From NCBI GenBank assembly GCA_016932015.1, contig JAFGDQ010000066.1, forward strand, positions 23,617-87,616: a stretch of DNA of 64,000 nucleotides. Direction: 5' to 3'. Below are positions 1 to 10,906 of this stretch, piece after piece. The stretch is from Spirochaetota bacterium (lineage in GTDB: Bacteria; Spirochaetota; UBA4802; JAFGDQ01). The stretch's first letter is position 1. Each line of letters opens with the position of its first letter. Made by a program: the position numbers and the translations under genes. The notes under the pieces are model-generated. The model searched no databases. It was not told the origin of the DNA and was given only the letters and a program-made list of their open reading frames with translations.

Positions 1-146
1 ACAAAAGTCTTTGTTTAATATCTAATATAATTAATTCGTAACTATTCAGCTATATCGTAGCGGTTTTTACATAAAAATATCAAATAGCTGAGCAATTACA
101 TTAATTCAATGTTTCATAACCTTGTAAAATTCCGGAGAAATTATTA

Positions 147-602
147 ATGCCTGATAAGGAAATCACAATTGCAAGTAACAGGAAAGCGCGGTTCGAGTAT
201 GAGATCTCGGAAACAATCGAAGCAGGCATTGTTCTGGCCGGTACCGAGGTAAAAGCCTGCAGATCGAACAAGGTTAATATAGAAGAAGCCTATGCGAAAA
301 TTATTGACGGTGAAATATATGTCATAGGTATGAATATTTCCCTGTATGAAATGGGCAACCGCTTTAATCATGAAACCCACAGGCAAAGAAAACTTCTGCT
401 TCATAAGCAGGAGATAAAAAGATTAACAGGAAAACTTAAGGAGAGGGGATTCACGCTTGTCCCTCTTAAGATGTATTTCAAAAACGGAAAGGTTAAGATA
501 TTGATGGGTCTTGGTAAAGGTAAAGCCAAATATGATAAGAGAAAGGCGATTCAGAAGCGCGACCTGGACAGAGAAATGCAGAGAGAATGGAGAAACAGAT
601 AG
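147..602 (+). CDS. smpB: SsrA(tmRNA)-binding protein SmpB
   Basis: 151 aa, typical SmpB length. Basic C-terminal tail and conserved N-terminal core (GTEVKACRSNKVNIEEAYA). Confidence 0.88.
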   Translation: MPDKEITIASNRKARFEYEISETIEAGIVLAGTEVKACRSNKVNIEEAYAKIIDGEIYVIGMNISLYEMGNRFNHETHRQRKLLLHKQEIKRLTGKLKERGFTLVPLKMYFKNGKVKILMGLGKGKAKYDKRKAIQKRDLDREMQREWRNR

Positions 603-648
603 AATTCAGTTCCGGAATATGATCCGGACTTATATTCTATCTGAAGTC

Positions 649-1704
649 TTACATCTGCCGGTCATTAAAAAAATCCGGTACAGCGTTATTTAAAAATTCG
701 AGTTGGCTCAGAAATTTTAAGATATCCATAACATAGAAGATATTATTATATTCAAATACAGGGTTGTTATCACATTTCCCTTTCAGCTTATAGTTAAAAG
801 TAATTTTATGTTTGATGTTTCCTTCAAAGTCGCTGATACGGATTCCGTCTGCCTGTTCAAATACAATGCCGTTATTAAAAAAGACAATATCAGCTAGTTC
901 GTTAAATATGATTTCAGTTTTAGTTTTTCCTGAATTGATATCTGATCCGGTTAAATAATATTTACCTGCGTCTCCTGTTATATAGTATACTGCATTGTCT
1001 TTAATCGAAATATTTGCCGATGAGATTTTGATATTTCTGCTAATTACTGATTTTTTTTCCAGATCAGCTATATAAAGATTATACTTCCCCGCAAGCCCTA
1101 TTGTAATTGCCAGGATATTGCCGTTATTTTTAAACTCAACATTATATATATCGCTTGTGAACGGTTTATAAAATTTTTCGTCTGTGAAAATTATTTCATT
1201 ACCGGTTAACAGATTATATACATAAATTTTTTTATTTCTGAAATAATATATATTGCTATTGATAACGATGAACGCTTCTATTTTGTTTTCATTATCCTGT
1301 AACGGTTCTATGGTTTTTGTTAAATTGCCTTCAATACCAAATATTTTAAACTCGGTTCCGTTTGAAAGAATAACTTTTTCCGGATTTTTACTGTAATTAA
1401 GTAAATTGTAATCACCGCTGAGTTCAATATCAGCTTCAGCAGGCCATAGAATTTTATAAGTATTCTTATTCTTCGAATACAATAGGTTTCCGGAATATTT
1501 GAAGCTTCCTTTATTGATATTTTTTAAACTTGAAGTAATTATTGTCCAGTCTTCAATATAAGGGATCGCTTTTTCTTTTTCACCATTGTTAATTAATTCA
1601 ATACCTTTGTTCAGTTTTTTTTCTGTGTCAGGAGTGCATTCGAAAAAAAAGAGTGCAAGTAAAAAAGTAAAAAACAGGCTTTTGTATCTGAAGGAAATTA
1701 TCAT
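649..1704 (-). CDS. hypothetical secreted protein or lipoprotein, beta-rich
   Basis: 351-aa ORF with a hydrophobic N-terminal signal (LFFTFLLALFFFEC). No family recognised by eye. Asn/Tyr/Ile-rich, suggesting a beta-rich fold. Confidence 0.5.
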   Translation of the reverse strand: MIISFRYKSLFFTFLLALFFFECTPDTEKKLNKGIELINNGEKEKAIPYIEDWTIITSSLKNINKGSFKYSGNLLYSKNKNTYKILWPAEADIELSGDYNLLNYSKNPEKVILSNGTEFKIFGIEGNLTKTIEPLQDNENKIEAFIVINSNIYYFRNKKIYVYNLLTGNEIIFTDEKFYKPFTSDIYNVEFKNNGNILAITIGLAGKYNLYIADLEKKSVISRNIKISSANISIKDNAVYYITGDAGKYYLTGSDINSGKTKTEIIFNELADIVFFNNGIVFEQADGIRISDFEGNIKHKITFNYKLKGKCDNNPVFEYNNIFYVMDILKFLSQLEFLNNAVPDFFNDRQM

Positions 1705-1923
1705 AGCTGTCCCCGTATAAAAATAGTGCTATCAACTTTTTTATGTAATTTTAACACTTGTCAAGTGTTTCATGTATATTTTCAGTATTTATAATAATTT
1801 AACACAGCTTATACCGGACATTTGAAAAAATGATTGTACATAATTATCAATTTTATATTTTTGGAGTCTAATAATATCGTTGTTTATGAAAATTAAGATT
1901 ATTATAATATTACAGAGGTAGCT

Positions 1924-2454
1924 ATGCCTGAAATTGGTATTATAGTGGGAAGTGATTCGGATCTTCCGAAGATTGAAAACTGCTTTAATATTCTTGAAGA
2001 ATTTGGTGTTGATTTTGAAATAATAATTTCCTCGGCACACAGGACTCCTGAAAAAACAAAAGAATGGGTAAGCAGTGCTCAGGAGAAAGGAATTAAAGTT
2101 ATTATAGCTGCTGCTGGCGGGGCGGCTCATCTTCCCGGAGTGGCAGCTTCGCATACAACACTTCCTGTAATCGGTATTCCTGTTGAGACTAAAATTTCAG
2201 GGGGCCTTGACTCAATTTTATCAATACTGCAAATGCCTTCAGGCATACCTGTTGCCACAATGCCGGCCGGGAAGGCGGGCGGGGCAAATGCCGCTCTGCT
2301 GGCAATCAGTATTCTTTCCCTTGTAAATAATGATTACTCTGAAAAACTGAGCCGGTACAGAAAAAAAATGGCGGAAAAAATATTTGACAGGAACGCGGAA
2401 TTGTCAGCTTCCGGATATAAAAATTATATTAAGGCGCTTAAGGAAAATAAATGA
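1924..2454 (+). CDS. purE: N5-carboxyaminoimidazole ribonucleotide mutase PurE
   Basis: 176 aa. [12 protein letters not shown] and [14 protein letters not shown] motifs. Stop overlaps the guaA start (ATGA). Confidence 0.9.
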   Translation: MPEIGIIVGSDSDLPKIENCFNILEEFGVDFEIIISSAHRTPEKTKEWVSSAQEKGIKVIIAAAGGAAHLPGVAASHTTLPVIGIPVETKISGGLDSILSILQMPSGIPVATMPAGKAGGANAALLAISILSLVNNDYSEKLSRYRKKMAEKIFDRNAELSASGYKNYIKALKENK

Positions 2455-4013
2455 AGGACGCAATTGTCAGCCCGGAAGAAAAAGTCATTATTCTGGATTT
2501 CGGGTCTCAGTATACACAGCTTATTGCCAGGTCAATTCGTGAGCTCAAAGTCTATGCTGAAATAGTACCATATAATCAGTCTCTGGAAACTATCAGACGG
2601 GAATCTCCCGGAGGAATTATTCTTTCGGGCGGGCCGTCATCCATATATGAAAAAGATTCACCGCAAGTCTCTGGGGAGATATTTGATCTGGGTGTGCCTG
2701 TTCTGGGAATTTGTTACGGGCTTTATTCAATAACCGATATATTTAAAGGTAAGATGCAGGCCTCTCAGCAGAAAGAATACGGAAGGGCTGTGATAAATAT
2801 AAAATCAAGAACGGGTTTGTTCAAAGACCTTAAAAGCAAAGAGACCGTATGGATGAGTCATGGAGATAAAGTCGTTGTACCGCCGGAAGGTTTCAGGGTA
2901 ACGGCAAGCTCAAAAAATGCCGATATAGCTGCAATAGAGAACAGCAAAACGAAAATATACGGAGTCCAGTTCCATCCTGAGGTGTATCATACCGAAAACG
3001 GCAAGAAAATCCTCAAGAATTTTCTTTTCAATATTTGCGGATTTAAAGGCAAATGGTCAATGAAATCATTTGTTGCCCAGTCAATTGAAGCAATAAAGAA
3101 TGAAGTAGGCAGCGGGACTGTATTGCTGGGTCTGTCCGGAGGAGTAGATTCTTCCGTTGCCGCAGTACTTCTTCAAAGGGCTATAGGCGACAGGCTGTAT
3201 CCGGTTTTTGTCAACAACGGTGTCTTAAGAAAAAATGAAGCTGAAATAGTTATTCGAAGGTTTAAGGAAACGCTTAATCTGAATCTTGTTTATGTTGATG
3301 CCAGCGACAGGTTCCTTAAAAAGTTGAAAGGTGTTGAAGACCCGGAGACTAAAAGAAAGATCATAGGCAGAGAGTTTATAAAAGTCTTTATCAATGAATC
3401 TAAAAAAATAGGACGGTTTGATTTTCTTGCTCAGGGTACATTATACCCTGATGTTATTGAGTCTGTTTCCACCAAGGGGCCTTCGGATACAATAAAGAGC
3501 CATCATAACAGAGTGCCTGAGGTCCTTAAGCTGATTAAATCGGGAAAGGTTATCGAGCCTTTGAAGGAACTTTTCAAAGATGAGGTCAGGGCGCTGGGCA
3601 AAGAACTTGGAATGTCTGACGGGCTGATTCACAGGCATCCGTTTCCAGGGCCGGGCCTTGCCATCAGAATAATAGGCGAGGTGACAGGAGAAAGGCTGCA
3701 GATACTTCAGGAAGCGGACGACATCCTTGTAAGCGAAATTAAAAACGCCGGGCTCTACAATAAGCTGTGGCAGATTTTCGCGGTTTTCCTGCCGGTCAGG
3801 TCTGTTGGAGTTATGGGGGATAAAAGGACTTATGAAAATGTTATCGCAATAAGAGGAGTAACTTCTGTTGACGCTATGACTGCTGACTGGGCCTATCTGC
3901 CTGAAGCTGTTTTAAGGCACATTTCCGGAAGAATAATAAATGAAGTGAAAGGTGTTAACAGGGTTGTTTATGACATATCCTCGAAACCGCCGAGTACTAT
4001 TGAATGGGAGTAA
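2451..4013 (+). CDS. guaA: GMP synthase (glutamine-hydrolysing)
   Basis: 520 aa. N-terminal class I GATase (GICYG, HPE), ATP-PPase SGGVDSSV motif, conserved C-terminal dimerisation domain ending in the C-terminal IEWE motif. Confidence 0.95.
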   Translation: MKDAIVSPEEKVIILDFGSQYTQLIARSIRELKVYAEIVPYNQSLETIRRESPGGIILSGGPSSIYEKDSPQVSGEIFDLGVPVLGICYGLYSITDIFKGKMQASQQKEYGRAVINIKSRTGLFKDLKSKETVWMSHGDKVVVPPEGFRVTASSKNADIAAIENSKTKIYGVQFHPEVYHTENGKKILKNFLFNICGFKGKWSMKSFVAQSIEAIKNEVGSGTVLLGLSGGVDSSVAAVLLQRAIGDRLYPVFVNNGVLRKNEAEIVIRRFKETLNLNLVYVDASDRFLKKLKGVEDPETKRKIIGREFIKVFINESKKIGRFDFLAQGTLYPDVIESVSTKGPSDTIKSHHNRVPEVLKLIKSGKVIEPLKELFKDEVRALGKELGMSDGLIHRHPFPGPGLAIRIIGEVTGERLQILQEADDILVSEIKNAGLYNKLWQIFAVFLPVRSVGVMGDKRTYENVIAIRGVTSVDAMTADWAYLPEAVLRHISGRIINEVKGVNRVVYDISSKPPSTIEWE

Positions 4014-4064
4014 CGAACTCCTTACTTAACTTATGAATTCATTGAGAAATGCGTATTTTTTATG

Positions 4065-4583
4065 TTAAAATTTATATATCATTCTGCCTATTAAAGCATT
4101 TTTTTTAACAGGCCCGATTTCCCTGCTGTCCATGCTATGATCCAGATTGTCTCCTAAGAGAAAGACTTCGTCTTTCTTTATGGTTGTTTCTTCCATATTG
4201 TCCCTTTTTGAAAAGTATCCCGGGAAAATACGCCTGTCTGTAATAATCGCGTAATCATTGTGTAATGAACTGTTAATAAATATTTTTTTATTTTTAACTT
4301 CTATTTTTTTTTCACCGGATGCTATTAGTCTTTTCAGTATAACTTTATCCTGCTCTACCGGGCTTTCCGCAAGAACAATGTCTCCTTGCTCCGGAGAACC
4401 GATTTTCAGTATCAGCAGGTAATCTCCTTTATGTAGTGTGGGTTCCATGGAATCGTCCTGAACAATAAACGGCATTAAAAAAAACAGTCTGGTTAATATC
4501 AATCCGGCAATTATCCCTGCTATAGAAATGAAAAATTTTATAAACTTCGGGACTCCGAATGTTTTTTCATCGGCAAATTGCAT
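4065..4583 (-). CDS. lepB: signal peptidase I
   Basis: N-terminal TM helix. S26 motifs SMEPTL, KRLIASGEKKI and GDNLDHSMDSR. Confidence 0.8.
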   Translation of the reverse strand: MQFADEKTFGVPKFIKFFISIAGIIAGLILTRLFFLMPFIVQDDSMEPTLHKGDYLLILKIGSPEQGDIVLAESPVEQDKVILKRLIASGEKKIEVKNKKIFINSSLHNDYAIITDRRIFPGYFSKRDNMEETTIKKDEVFLLGDNLDHSMDSREIGPVKKNALIGRMIYKF

Positions 4584-4733
4584 TAAGACTGCTCCTTAAA
4601 TTATACTTATGCTAAAGTGATCAGCAGTATCAATATTTATCAATAAAAAAACACCTGAACATGTAATTACAATCAAACTTGACAAAGATAAGTGCGAATA
4701 TAACGATTGCCTTAATTATTCGGGAGACAACTG

Positions 4734-5327
4734 ATGGATTTTAATTTTAATAGTGAAAATGATTATACAAAATTTAAGCAGACAATAAAACAGAGGCTTG
4801 CACACAGGGATAAAATCAAAGCGGAGAAAACCGGAACAAGGCCCGCGGCAGTAATGATGCTCCTGATGAATAAAAACGGTAAAGTAAATGTATTCCTGAC
4901 AAAACGTACCCATAATGTCAGAACTCATAAAGGCCAGGTGTCTTTTCCGGGCGGAGCATGGGAGGAGGATGACGGAAATATCCTTGAAACTGCGCTGCGC
5001 GAGACATATGAGGAAACCGGTATTAAGCCTGATGATATTGAGTTAATCGGTGAATTTGATGAATTTATTTCAATAAGTGACTTTCATGTCAGTACGTTTG
5101 TAGGCGCAATTCCGTATCCGTACGAATACCGGATGAATAAGTCGGAAATTGAAGCATGCATAGAAGCACCGGTTTCAATTTTTTATAATAAAGAATACAG
5201 CAATGTTGACTATTATTACTATAATAATAAAAAAATGGCTAATTACTGCTATGAGTATATGGATTTTACTATATGGGGACTTACCGCAAGGATTTTGACA
5301 TTATTTGCGGAAAATGTACTGTACTGA
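4734..5327 (+). CDS. NUDIX hydrolase, CoA-pyrophosphatase-like
   Basis: Nudix box GGAWEEDDGNILETALRETYEETGI. Organisation as in NudL-type CoA pyrophosphatases. Confidence 0.7.
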   Translation: MDFNFNSENDYTKFKQTIKQRLAHRDKIKAEKTGTRPAAVMMLLMNKNGKVNVFLTKRTHNVRTHKGQVSFPGGAWEEDDGNILETALRETYEETGIKPDDIELIGEFDEFISISDFHVSTFVGAIPYPYEYRMNKSEIEACIEAPVSIFYNKEYSNVDYYYYNNKKMANYCYEYMDFTIWGLTARILTLFAENVLY

Positions 5328-5485
5328 TATGGCCGCGTATGATTCACGGGCAAAATTCATTGACACGGCAGTCGGGATTGCTCAATATTAACTCCTGCTT
5401 GCGGGAAAGAAAATTATCCGGGAAAACAGGTTGAATGTTCCGGGTAATTTATTTTTAAAAAATAAATTCAAGAGATTATTAAATT

Positions 5486-5755
5486 ATGAAAAAAGTATTA
5501 TTAGTCGCACTGGCTCTTCTTGCTTTTATTCCGGGTTGTTCTCAAAAGAAAATAACTGAAAGGGAATTTTCAGTTATCTGGGAGGAATATATGCGCAGGG
5601 AATTTGAAGAAAGCTTTGATGAAAAACAGTCGCTGGCCCAGAAAGAAAAAGTCATGTCAGAGATTTTATCCAGAGTACGGATTCCTGTTGAAGACTTCAA
5701 GGAATACATGAAAAATAATCACAACGATAAATACAAAAAAGTATTCATTAAATAA
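5486..5755 (+). CDS. small lipoprotein, hypothetical
   Basis: 89 aa. Signal peptide plus lipobox (LLAFIPGCSQ). Confidence 0.4.
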   Translation: MKKVLLVALALLAFIPGCSQKKITEREFSVIWEEYMRREFEESFDEKQSLAQKEKVMSEILSRVRIPVEDFKEYMKNNHNDKYKKVFIK

Positions 5756-5821
5756 TAAACATCATACAATTTAAATTAAAAGTGATGAGTAATTATCAGG
5801 ATAAAAAATAAGCGAGGCTGT

Positions 5822-7207
5822 ATGTTAAAACGGATCAGAGAACTGAAACTGCATCTTGTGATCGTAACATTCTTAACAGGAACTTTTTTCGGCATAAATA
5901 TTTCAGGCTTGTCAAGGGCTGAAGAGCCGATCCACAAGTATCTTGATTATTTTCACCGGGTGTACCAGACTGTAAAACTCAATTTTGTTGATGTACCGGA
6001 TAATAAGGAGATTTTTTACGGTGCCATAAAAGGAATGATAGCTTCGCTTAATGACCCTTATTCAAGATTTCTTGATGAAGAGGCCTTTATTACTTTGAAG
6101 GAAGAAACAACGGGAAAATTTGTCGGTATAGGAATTGAAATAACAATAAAAGACGGAGAGATAGTTGTAATATCTCCCATTGAAGATACTCCGGCTATGA
6201 AAGAGGGTATACTTTCAGGGGATGTTATAATAAAGGTTGATGATGTTGTAACCAAGGATAAGAATTTATCTGAAATAATTAAACTGATAAAAGGGCTCCC
6301 GAATACGGACGTCAAGCTTACGATCAGAAGAACGGGTTATGATGAACCTATGGATTTTACAATAAAGCGCGTTCCTATAAAGATCAAGACTGTGGATTAC
6401 GGTATACTGAAAGAATATAATAATATCGGATATTTAAAAGTAAAGGTTTTTAGTGCTGAAACTGCAAAGGATATTGAGAATTCACTGAATTTTTTTAATA
6501 AAAATGCTATTAAAAAGGTAATCGTGGATCTCAGATGGAACCCGGGAGGCCTGCTTGACAAGGCGATCAGTATTACGGATTTTTTTCTTGCGAAAGACAA
6601 AATTATTGTTTCAACCAGAGGCAGGGAAGGAACCGGGGATGTCTCTGAGTTTAAAGCTTTGATGGCACCGCTTTATAACGGAGAGCTTGTTGTTCTTGTC
6701 AATAATGGAAGTGCTTCAGCGTCTGAAATTTTTTCGGGAGCAATAAAAGACAATAACAGGGGAAAACTGATCGGCACCAGGACATTCGGAAAGGGGTCAG
6801 TTCAGAAGTTCTTTAATGTGAATGAAAATATCGGTGTTACCCTTACTATTGCCAGGTATTATACACCTTCAGGAGTTTCCATTCACGGGAAAGGAATTGT
6901 GCCTGACTTTGTTGTAAAACAGCCGCAGATTTCTAAACAGGATTCTGAAAGGATCAGGCTGATAACTAAAAGGGATATTCTTGGAAGTTTCGTAAAGTCC
7001 AATAAAAAATATGACGAAGAAACAAGGGATAAATTTAAAGCTCTTCTAAGCAAAGAAGGCCTTGATCTTATGGATAGAACCGCTGATTATATTTTAAAAA
7101 AGGAGATATTCAGATATAAAAATAGCCCTCTTTATGATCTGGAATTTGACAATCAGCTTACGGAAGCCATAAAAATTATTAATTCCATGCCTTCAGTAAA
7201 AGGATAA
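5822..7207 (+). CDS. ctpA: carboxyl-terminal processing protease (S41 family)
   Basis: PDZ domain followed by S41 catalytic region (GSASASEIF, TFGKGSVQ). Confidence 0.85.
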   Translation: MLKRIRELKLHLVIVTFLTGTFFGINISGLSRAEEPIHKYLDYFHRVYQTVKLNFVDVPDNKEIFYGAIKGMIASLNDPYSRFLDEEAFITLKEETTGKFVGIGIEITIKDGEIVVISPIEDTPAMKEGILSGDVIIKVDDVVTKDKNLSEIIKLIKGLPNTDVKLTIRRTGYDEPMDFTIKRVPIKIKTVDYGILKEYNNIGYLKVKVFSAETAKDIENSLNFFNKNAIKKVIVDLRWNPGGLLDKAISITDFFLAKDKIIVSTRGREGTGDVSEFKALMAPLYNGELVVLVNNGSASASEIFSGAIKDNNRGKLIGTRTFGKGSVQKFFNVNENIGVTLTIARYYTPSGVSIHGKGIVPDFVVKQPQISKQDSERIRLITKRDILGSFVKSNKKYDEETRDKFKALLSKEGLDLMDRTADYILKKEIFRYKNSPLYDLEFDNQLTEAIKIINSMPSVKG

Positions 7208-7261
7208 GAGGTATACAGTTAGAAGGAAGATTTATTCTCCTTCCGGGAAAATTGCTATTTC

Positions 7262-8254
7262 ATGAAGAATACAATATTAGGTCTTGGACTGGAAAGCTCA
7301 TGTGACGAGACTTCTGCTTCAGTCGTTGAAAACGGCAGAAAAATTCTTTCGAATAGAATAAAAAGTCAGATAGATCTGCATAAGGATTTTTTCGGAGTCG
7401 TTCCTGAACTGGCTTCCAGAGCGCATCTTGAGACTATTAATGTTCTTGTAAAGAATGCCCTTGAAGAAGCAGGGATAGGTTTTAAAGATCTGGACTACGT
7501 TGCCGCTACGTCAAGACCCGGGCTTGTAGGTTCATTGCTTATCGCGCTTCAGTCTGCCAAAGCTATTTCATATATAATGAAAATTCCGCTGATAGCGGTT
7601 AATCATCTGGAGGCACACCTTTACGCTCCATTTCTCGAAGGAGCCAGTCCGGAATATCCGTGTATTGGCCTTTTGATTTCAGGAGGAAATTGCAATTTAT
7701 ATATTATAAACGGTACCGGCAATATGAAACTTCTCGGGAAGACGGCTGACGATGCTCCGGGAGAGGCTTTTGATAAGGTCGCCAGATATCTGGATCTCGG
7801 ATATCCGGGAGGGCCGCTGGTTGAAAAGCTTGCCCGTGAATCAGGACAAAAACCAAAACTGTTTCCTAAAATAATGGCAGATTCAAACGATTATCGTTTT
7901 TCATACAGCGGCATAAAAACGGCAGTAGTAAATTATGTTAAGGAAAATCCTGACGCCGATAAAAGTGATATTGTTTTCAGCTTTCAGGAAAGAGCGCTTG
8001 AACTTCTTGTCAGAAAAGTGTATTCTGCGGCAAGGGAATTCGGAATCAGGGAAATTCTTGTTGCAGGCGGTGTTGCCGCCAACGGCAGATTAAGGGAAAT
8101 GCTTCAAAAAGAAAAGAAGCCTGATGAGAAAATAATTATAGCTTCACCGATACTTTGCACTGACAATGCTGCCATGATTGCGGGAATCGGGTACCAGTAT
8201 TTTATCAAAGGAAAGAATGATCCATTATCAGTTGATGCGGAGCCAAGAGTATAG
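7262..8254 (+). CDS. tsaD: tRNA N6-adenosine threonylcarbamoyltransferase
   Basis: LGLESSCDETSASV N-terminal motif. Kae1/TsaD-family length and motifs (HLEAH, GGVAAN). Confidence 0.9.
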   Translation: MKNTILGLGLESSCDETSASVVENGRKILSNRIKSQIDLHKDFFGVVPELASRAHLETINVLVKNALEEAGIGFKDLDYVAATSRPGLVGSLLIALQSAKAISYIMKIPLIAVNHLEAHLYAPFLEGASPEYPCIGLLISGGNCNLYIINGTGNMKLLGKTADDAPGEAFDKVARYLDLGYPGGPLVEKLARESGQKPKLFPKIMADSNDYRFSYSGIKTAVVNYVKENPDADKSDIVFSFQERALELLVRKVYSAAREFGIREILVAGGVAANGRLREMLQKEKKPDEKIIIASPILCTDNAAMIAGIGYQYFIKGKNDPLSVDAEPRV

Positions 8255-8257
8255 AAA

Positions 8258-9352
8258 ATGAAATCATTTAAAACATATTTTTTTATAGTATTATTTCTTC
8301 TCGTTTCTGCAGATCTCCGATCCGGGACTATTTCAGGAGCCGGAATAAAATCAGTAAGTATGCATGTTGACCAGTACATAGACTGTGCTAATCTTGAATA
8401 TGATGATTCACCGTATGCGGGACGAACAAATCTGGGTCATCTTTTTATTCCGTATTTTAAGATAGATGCTGTGCCGGTGGAATTAAATCTCGGATGCTGG
8501 TACAAACATGTTTATGTGCAGTACGATGAAGATGAGTCTCCTGAAAAAGTATATCCGTATATGAACGCGGTTTTCCATCCTTCCGGTAAGGTAGATTTCA
8601 CTATTGGCAACTGGCTTAACCTTGCGGTATTTCCGAATACTATATATAATGAATTTATTTTTTTTGAAACGCGCCCTGTATGCTCTGGCCTGAAGCTTGA
8701 TGTAAATAATAAGACAATGAATCTGTCATTGTATATTGACTGGATAGAACTTGATACGGAAGATCATCCTGAGGAATTCATTACAGGCCTTCTATGGAAG
8801 CATCGGGTATTTGACCATTTCTATTATAAACTATTCAATCATTATCATCACAGGGGAGGGCAGCTTTACAAGGATACACATCCGGTACGAATTGAGCAGG
8901 ACATCGCGGCCTCTCCGGTTTTGGGCGCCGAACTTTACGGATTTTATGCTGAAGCGGGATATTATATCAATTCATTTTCTCAGAATTTTGAAGAGTCGGA
9001 ATACGGCCACGCAGGAAGCGGCACTATAGGATACCGCGGTGATTTTTTTAATATTTCATATCAGTGTTTTTACAATAAAAACTACTATCATCAGGATGCT
9101 CATATTTTCTACCTGAAACAGAATAATTTTCTTAACAGGCTCAGAGTTGATTATAATTTTTTTACTTATAAAGATCTTGCGGATGTTAACTTCACTGTCA
9201 ATCTTTACGGTTTGGATCCTCCGGGTATTGATTTCAGGCTTTTCGCGAAAATAAATCTTAATGTAATTCAGTACACTGCTGACACACCTGCGGATATTGA
9301 TGAAAACTCTGCACAGAATTCCGGAGGAATAAGACAGACACCGGAAATCTGA
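8258..9352 (+). CDS. hypothetical secreted protein, beta-rich
   Basis: Signal peptide. Tyr/Asn/Phe-rich. Start 4 bp after the tsaD stop. No family recognised. Confidence 0.45.
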   Translation: MKSFKTYFFIVLFLLVSADLRSGTISGAGIKSVSMHVDQYIDCANLEYDDSPYAGRTNLGHLFIPYFKIDAVPVELNLGCWYKHVYVQYDEDESPEKVYPYMNAVFHPSGKVDFTIGNWLNLAVFPNTIYNEFIFFETRPVCSGLKLDVNNKTMNLSLYIDWIELDTEDHPEEFITGLLWKHRVFDHFYYKLFNHYHHRGGQLYKDTHPVRIEQDIAASPVLGAELYGFYAEAGYYINSFSQNFEESEYGHAGSGTIGYRGDFFNISYQCFYNKNYYHQDAHIFYLKQNNFLNRLRVDYNFFTYKDLADVNFTVNLYGLDPPGIDFRLFAKINLNVIQYTADTPADIDENSAQNSGGIRQTPEI

Positions 9353-9353
9353 A

Positions 9354-10268
9354 ATGAAAAGGCTGTTTTCAGTTTTTCTTTTTCTCTGTTTAATACTATC
9401 TAATCTGTATGCTCAGGAAATATCATCTCCTGCAAATACGGATACACCTGCCTTAAAGAAAAGTTTGAATTTTGATTACTGGCTTTTCGGAAGTATACCT
9501 GCGATAATTGCAGTATGGGGGCTTTGCGCCTGGGGATGGGGTTCTGCTTCAGACTGGCATGTCGACAATGACGGCTGGGGGCTTGAACAGAACTCATATA
9601 CGGGCGGGGCTGACAAGCTTGGACACGCGTGGGGCGTTTACACTATTTCGAGAATCGGATCATTCGCTTTTGAAGCGGAAGGCGACAGCGTGCAGCGGGC
9701 TGCTTTCAAGGGATTTCTCTTCGGGCAGCTGACGGGCCTTGGAATTGAGGTAGGGGACGGCTTCGGAGATTCATACGGATTCGCCTGGGGGGATATGCTC
9801 TGGAATTTCGGGGGAGGATTGATGGCACTCGCTTTTGACCTGTATCCGCCGCTTGATGACCTGATAAGTTTTCAAATGGAATACCGGCCTTCTCAAGATC
9901 ACAGAAATCAGGAACCTGAAAAATGGATTGAAGTAACAAGCGATGTTTCTGGCCAGAAATTTATCGCGGCATTAAAATTTTCAGGCATTCCCCGGCTAAG
10001 GGATACTTTCTTTCAATACTTTCAGATTGATTTTGGTTATTATACAAGAGGATACTGGTTCTCCGACTCCGGTTACAGGCACAAAACCAGGCATACGTAT
10101 ATAGGTTTTGCTGTAAATTTAAGCAGGGTTTCTGACCAGGTACTGCCGCCGGGATGCTGGAGAAAGGCTTTTTCCTCCTTCTTTAAATATTACCATGCTC
10201 CGTTCGCTTATAACCCTGATCTGCTGGATAATACTCTGTCCGGCAGGACTGAAAACGAGTTAAATTAA
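9354..10268 (+). CDS. hypothetical secreted protein, Trp/Gly/Asp-rich
   Basis: Signal peptide (LCLILSNLYAQE). Start 2 bp after the previous stop, so translationally coupled. Unusual W/G/D-rich region. Confidence 0.45.
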   Translation: MKRLFSVFLFLCLILSNLYAQEISSPANTDTPALKKSLNFDYWLFGSIPAIIAVWGLCAWGWGSASDWHVDNDGWGLEQNSYTGGADKLGHAWGVYTISRIGSFAFEAEGDSVQRAAFKGFLFGQLTGLGIEVGDGFGDSYGFAWGDMLWNFGGGLMALAFDLYPPLDDLISFQMEYRPSQDHRNQEPEKWIEVTSDVSGQKFIAALKFSGIPRLRDTFFQYFQIDFGYYTRGYWFSDSGYRHKTRHTYIGFAVNLSRVSDQVLPPGCWRKAFSSFFKYYHAPFAYNPDLLDNTLSGRTENELN

Positions 10269-10314
10269 TATTATACATGCTGGATTATTTTTAACAAAAT
10301 ATACTGATTTCATG

Positions 10315-10803
10315 TTAGCGGGAGGATAAAGAATTTTTTTTATTAATTGTATTTTTTTTCTCAGCGAACCTGACTGCCTGCGTATGCACTTCCCTGACCA
10401 GTTCCGCAGGTGCATTAATAAAGCGAAAAACTTTTTTACTGCCGTCATTCAGTATGAATAATATTTTCCCGAAATTAAGGATTGATCCAAGGGAAGGCTG
10501 ATAAAAATCAAAAACTTTAATATCGGAAAGAGGTATGTAAAAAGATTTAACTGCAGGGAAGCCTATACTGATTATCAGTCTTGAATCTGTTAATAATATT
10601 ATTGATTTATGAAGGCTTATACAGGAAATAGCTCCCCAGATGATGCCGAAAGCAAGGACAATATATGCCTGGGTTGTTTTTGAATCAAGCATTAACCATC
10701 CAATGAGAAGGACAATAAGCGGCCCCAGAAGAATTGCCCAGTGCTGTTTGGCTTTTGAAATTATCTGTTCATCTTTATTAAGCAGATTATCAATTGATCT
10801 CAT
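10315..10803 (-). CDS. membrane protein with bacterial PH (bPH_2/YdbS-like) domain
   Basis: Two N-terminal TM helices then PH-like fold (LTDSRLIISIGFP...KVFDF). Confidence 0.55.
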   Translation of the reverse strand: MRSIDNLLNKDEQIISKAKQHWAILLGPLIVLLIGWLMLDSKTTQAYIVLAFGIIWGAISCISLHKSIILLTDSRLIISIGFPAVKSFYIPLSDIKVFDFYQPSLGSILNFGKILFILNDGSKKVFRFINAPAELVREVHTQAVRFAEKKNTINKKNSLSSR

Positions 10804-10906
10804 AATGTTTATGTTTTGATAAAAAAACAGCCTGTCAATTATTAAATTGTCAGGCTGTTTAAAAGTTCAGGGTTTTGATTAACAGATGTTACAAATTAAG
10901 ATTTTT

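Noticed and set aside
4584-4733. sigma70-like promoter TTGACA-N13/14-TATAAC in the divergent lepB/nudix region
   Set aside because: Spacer length suboptimal and no supporting data. Left unannotated.
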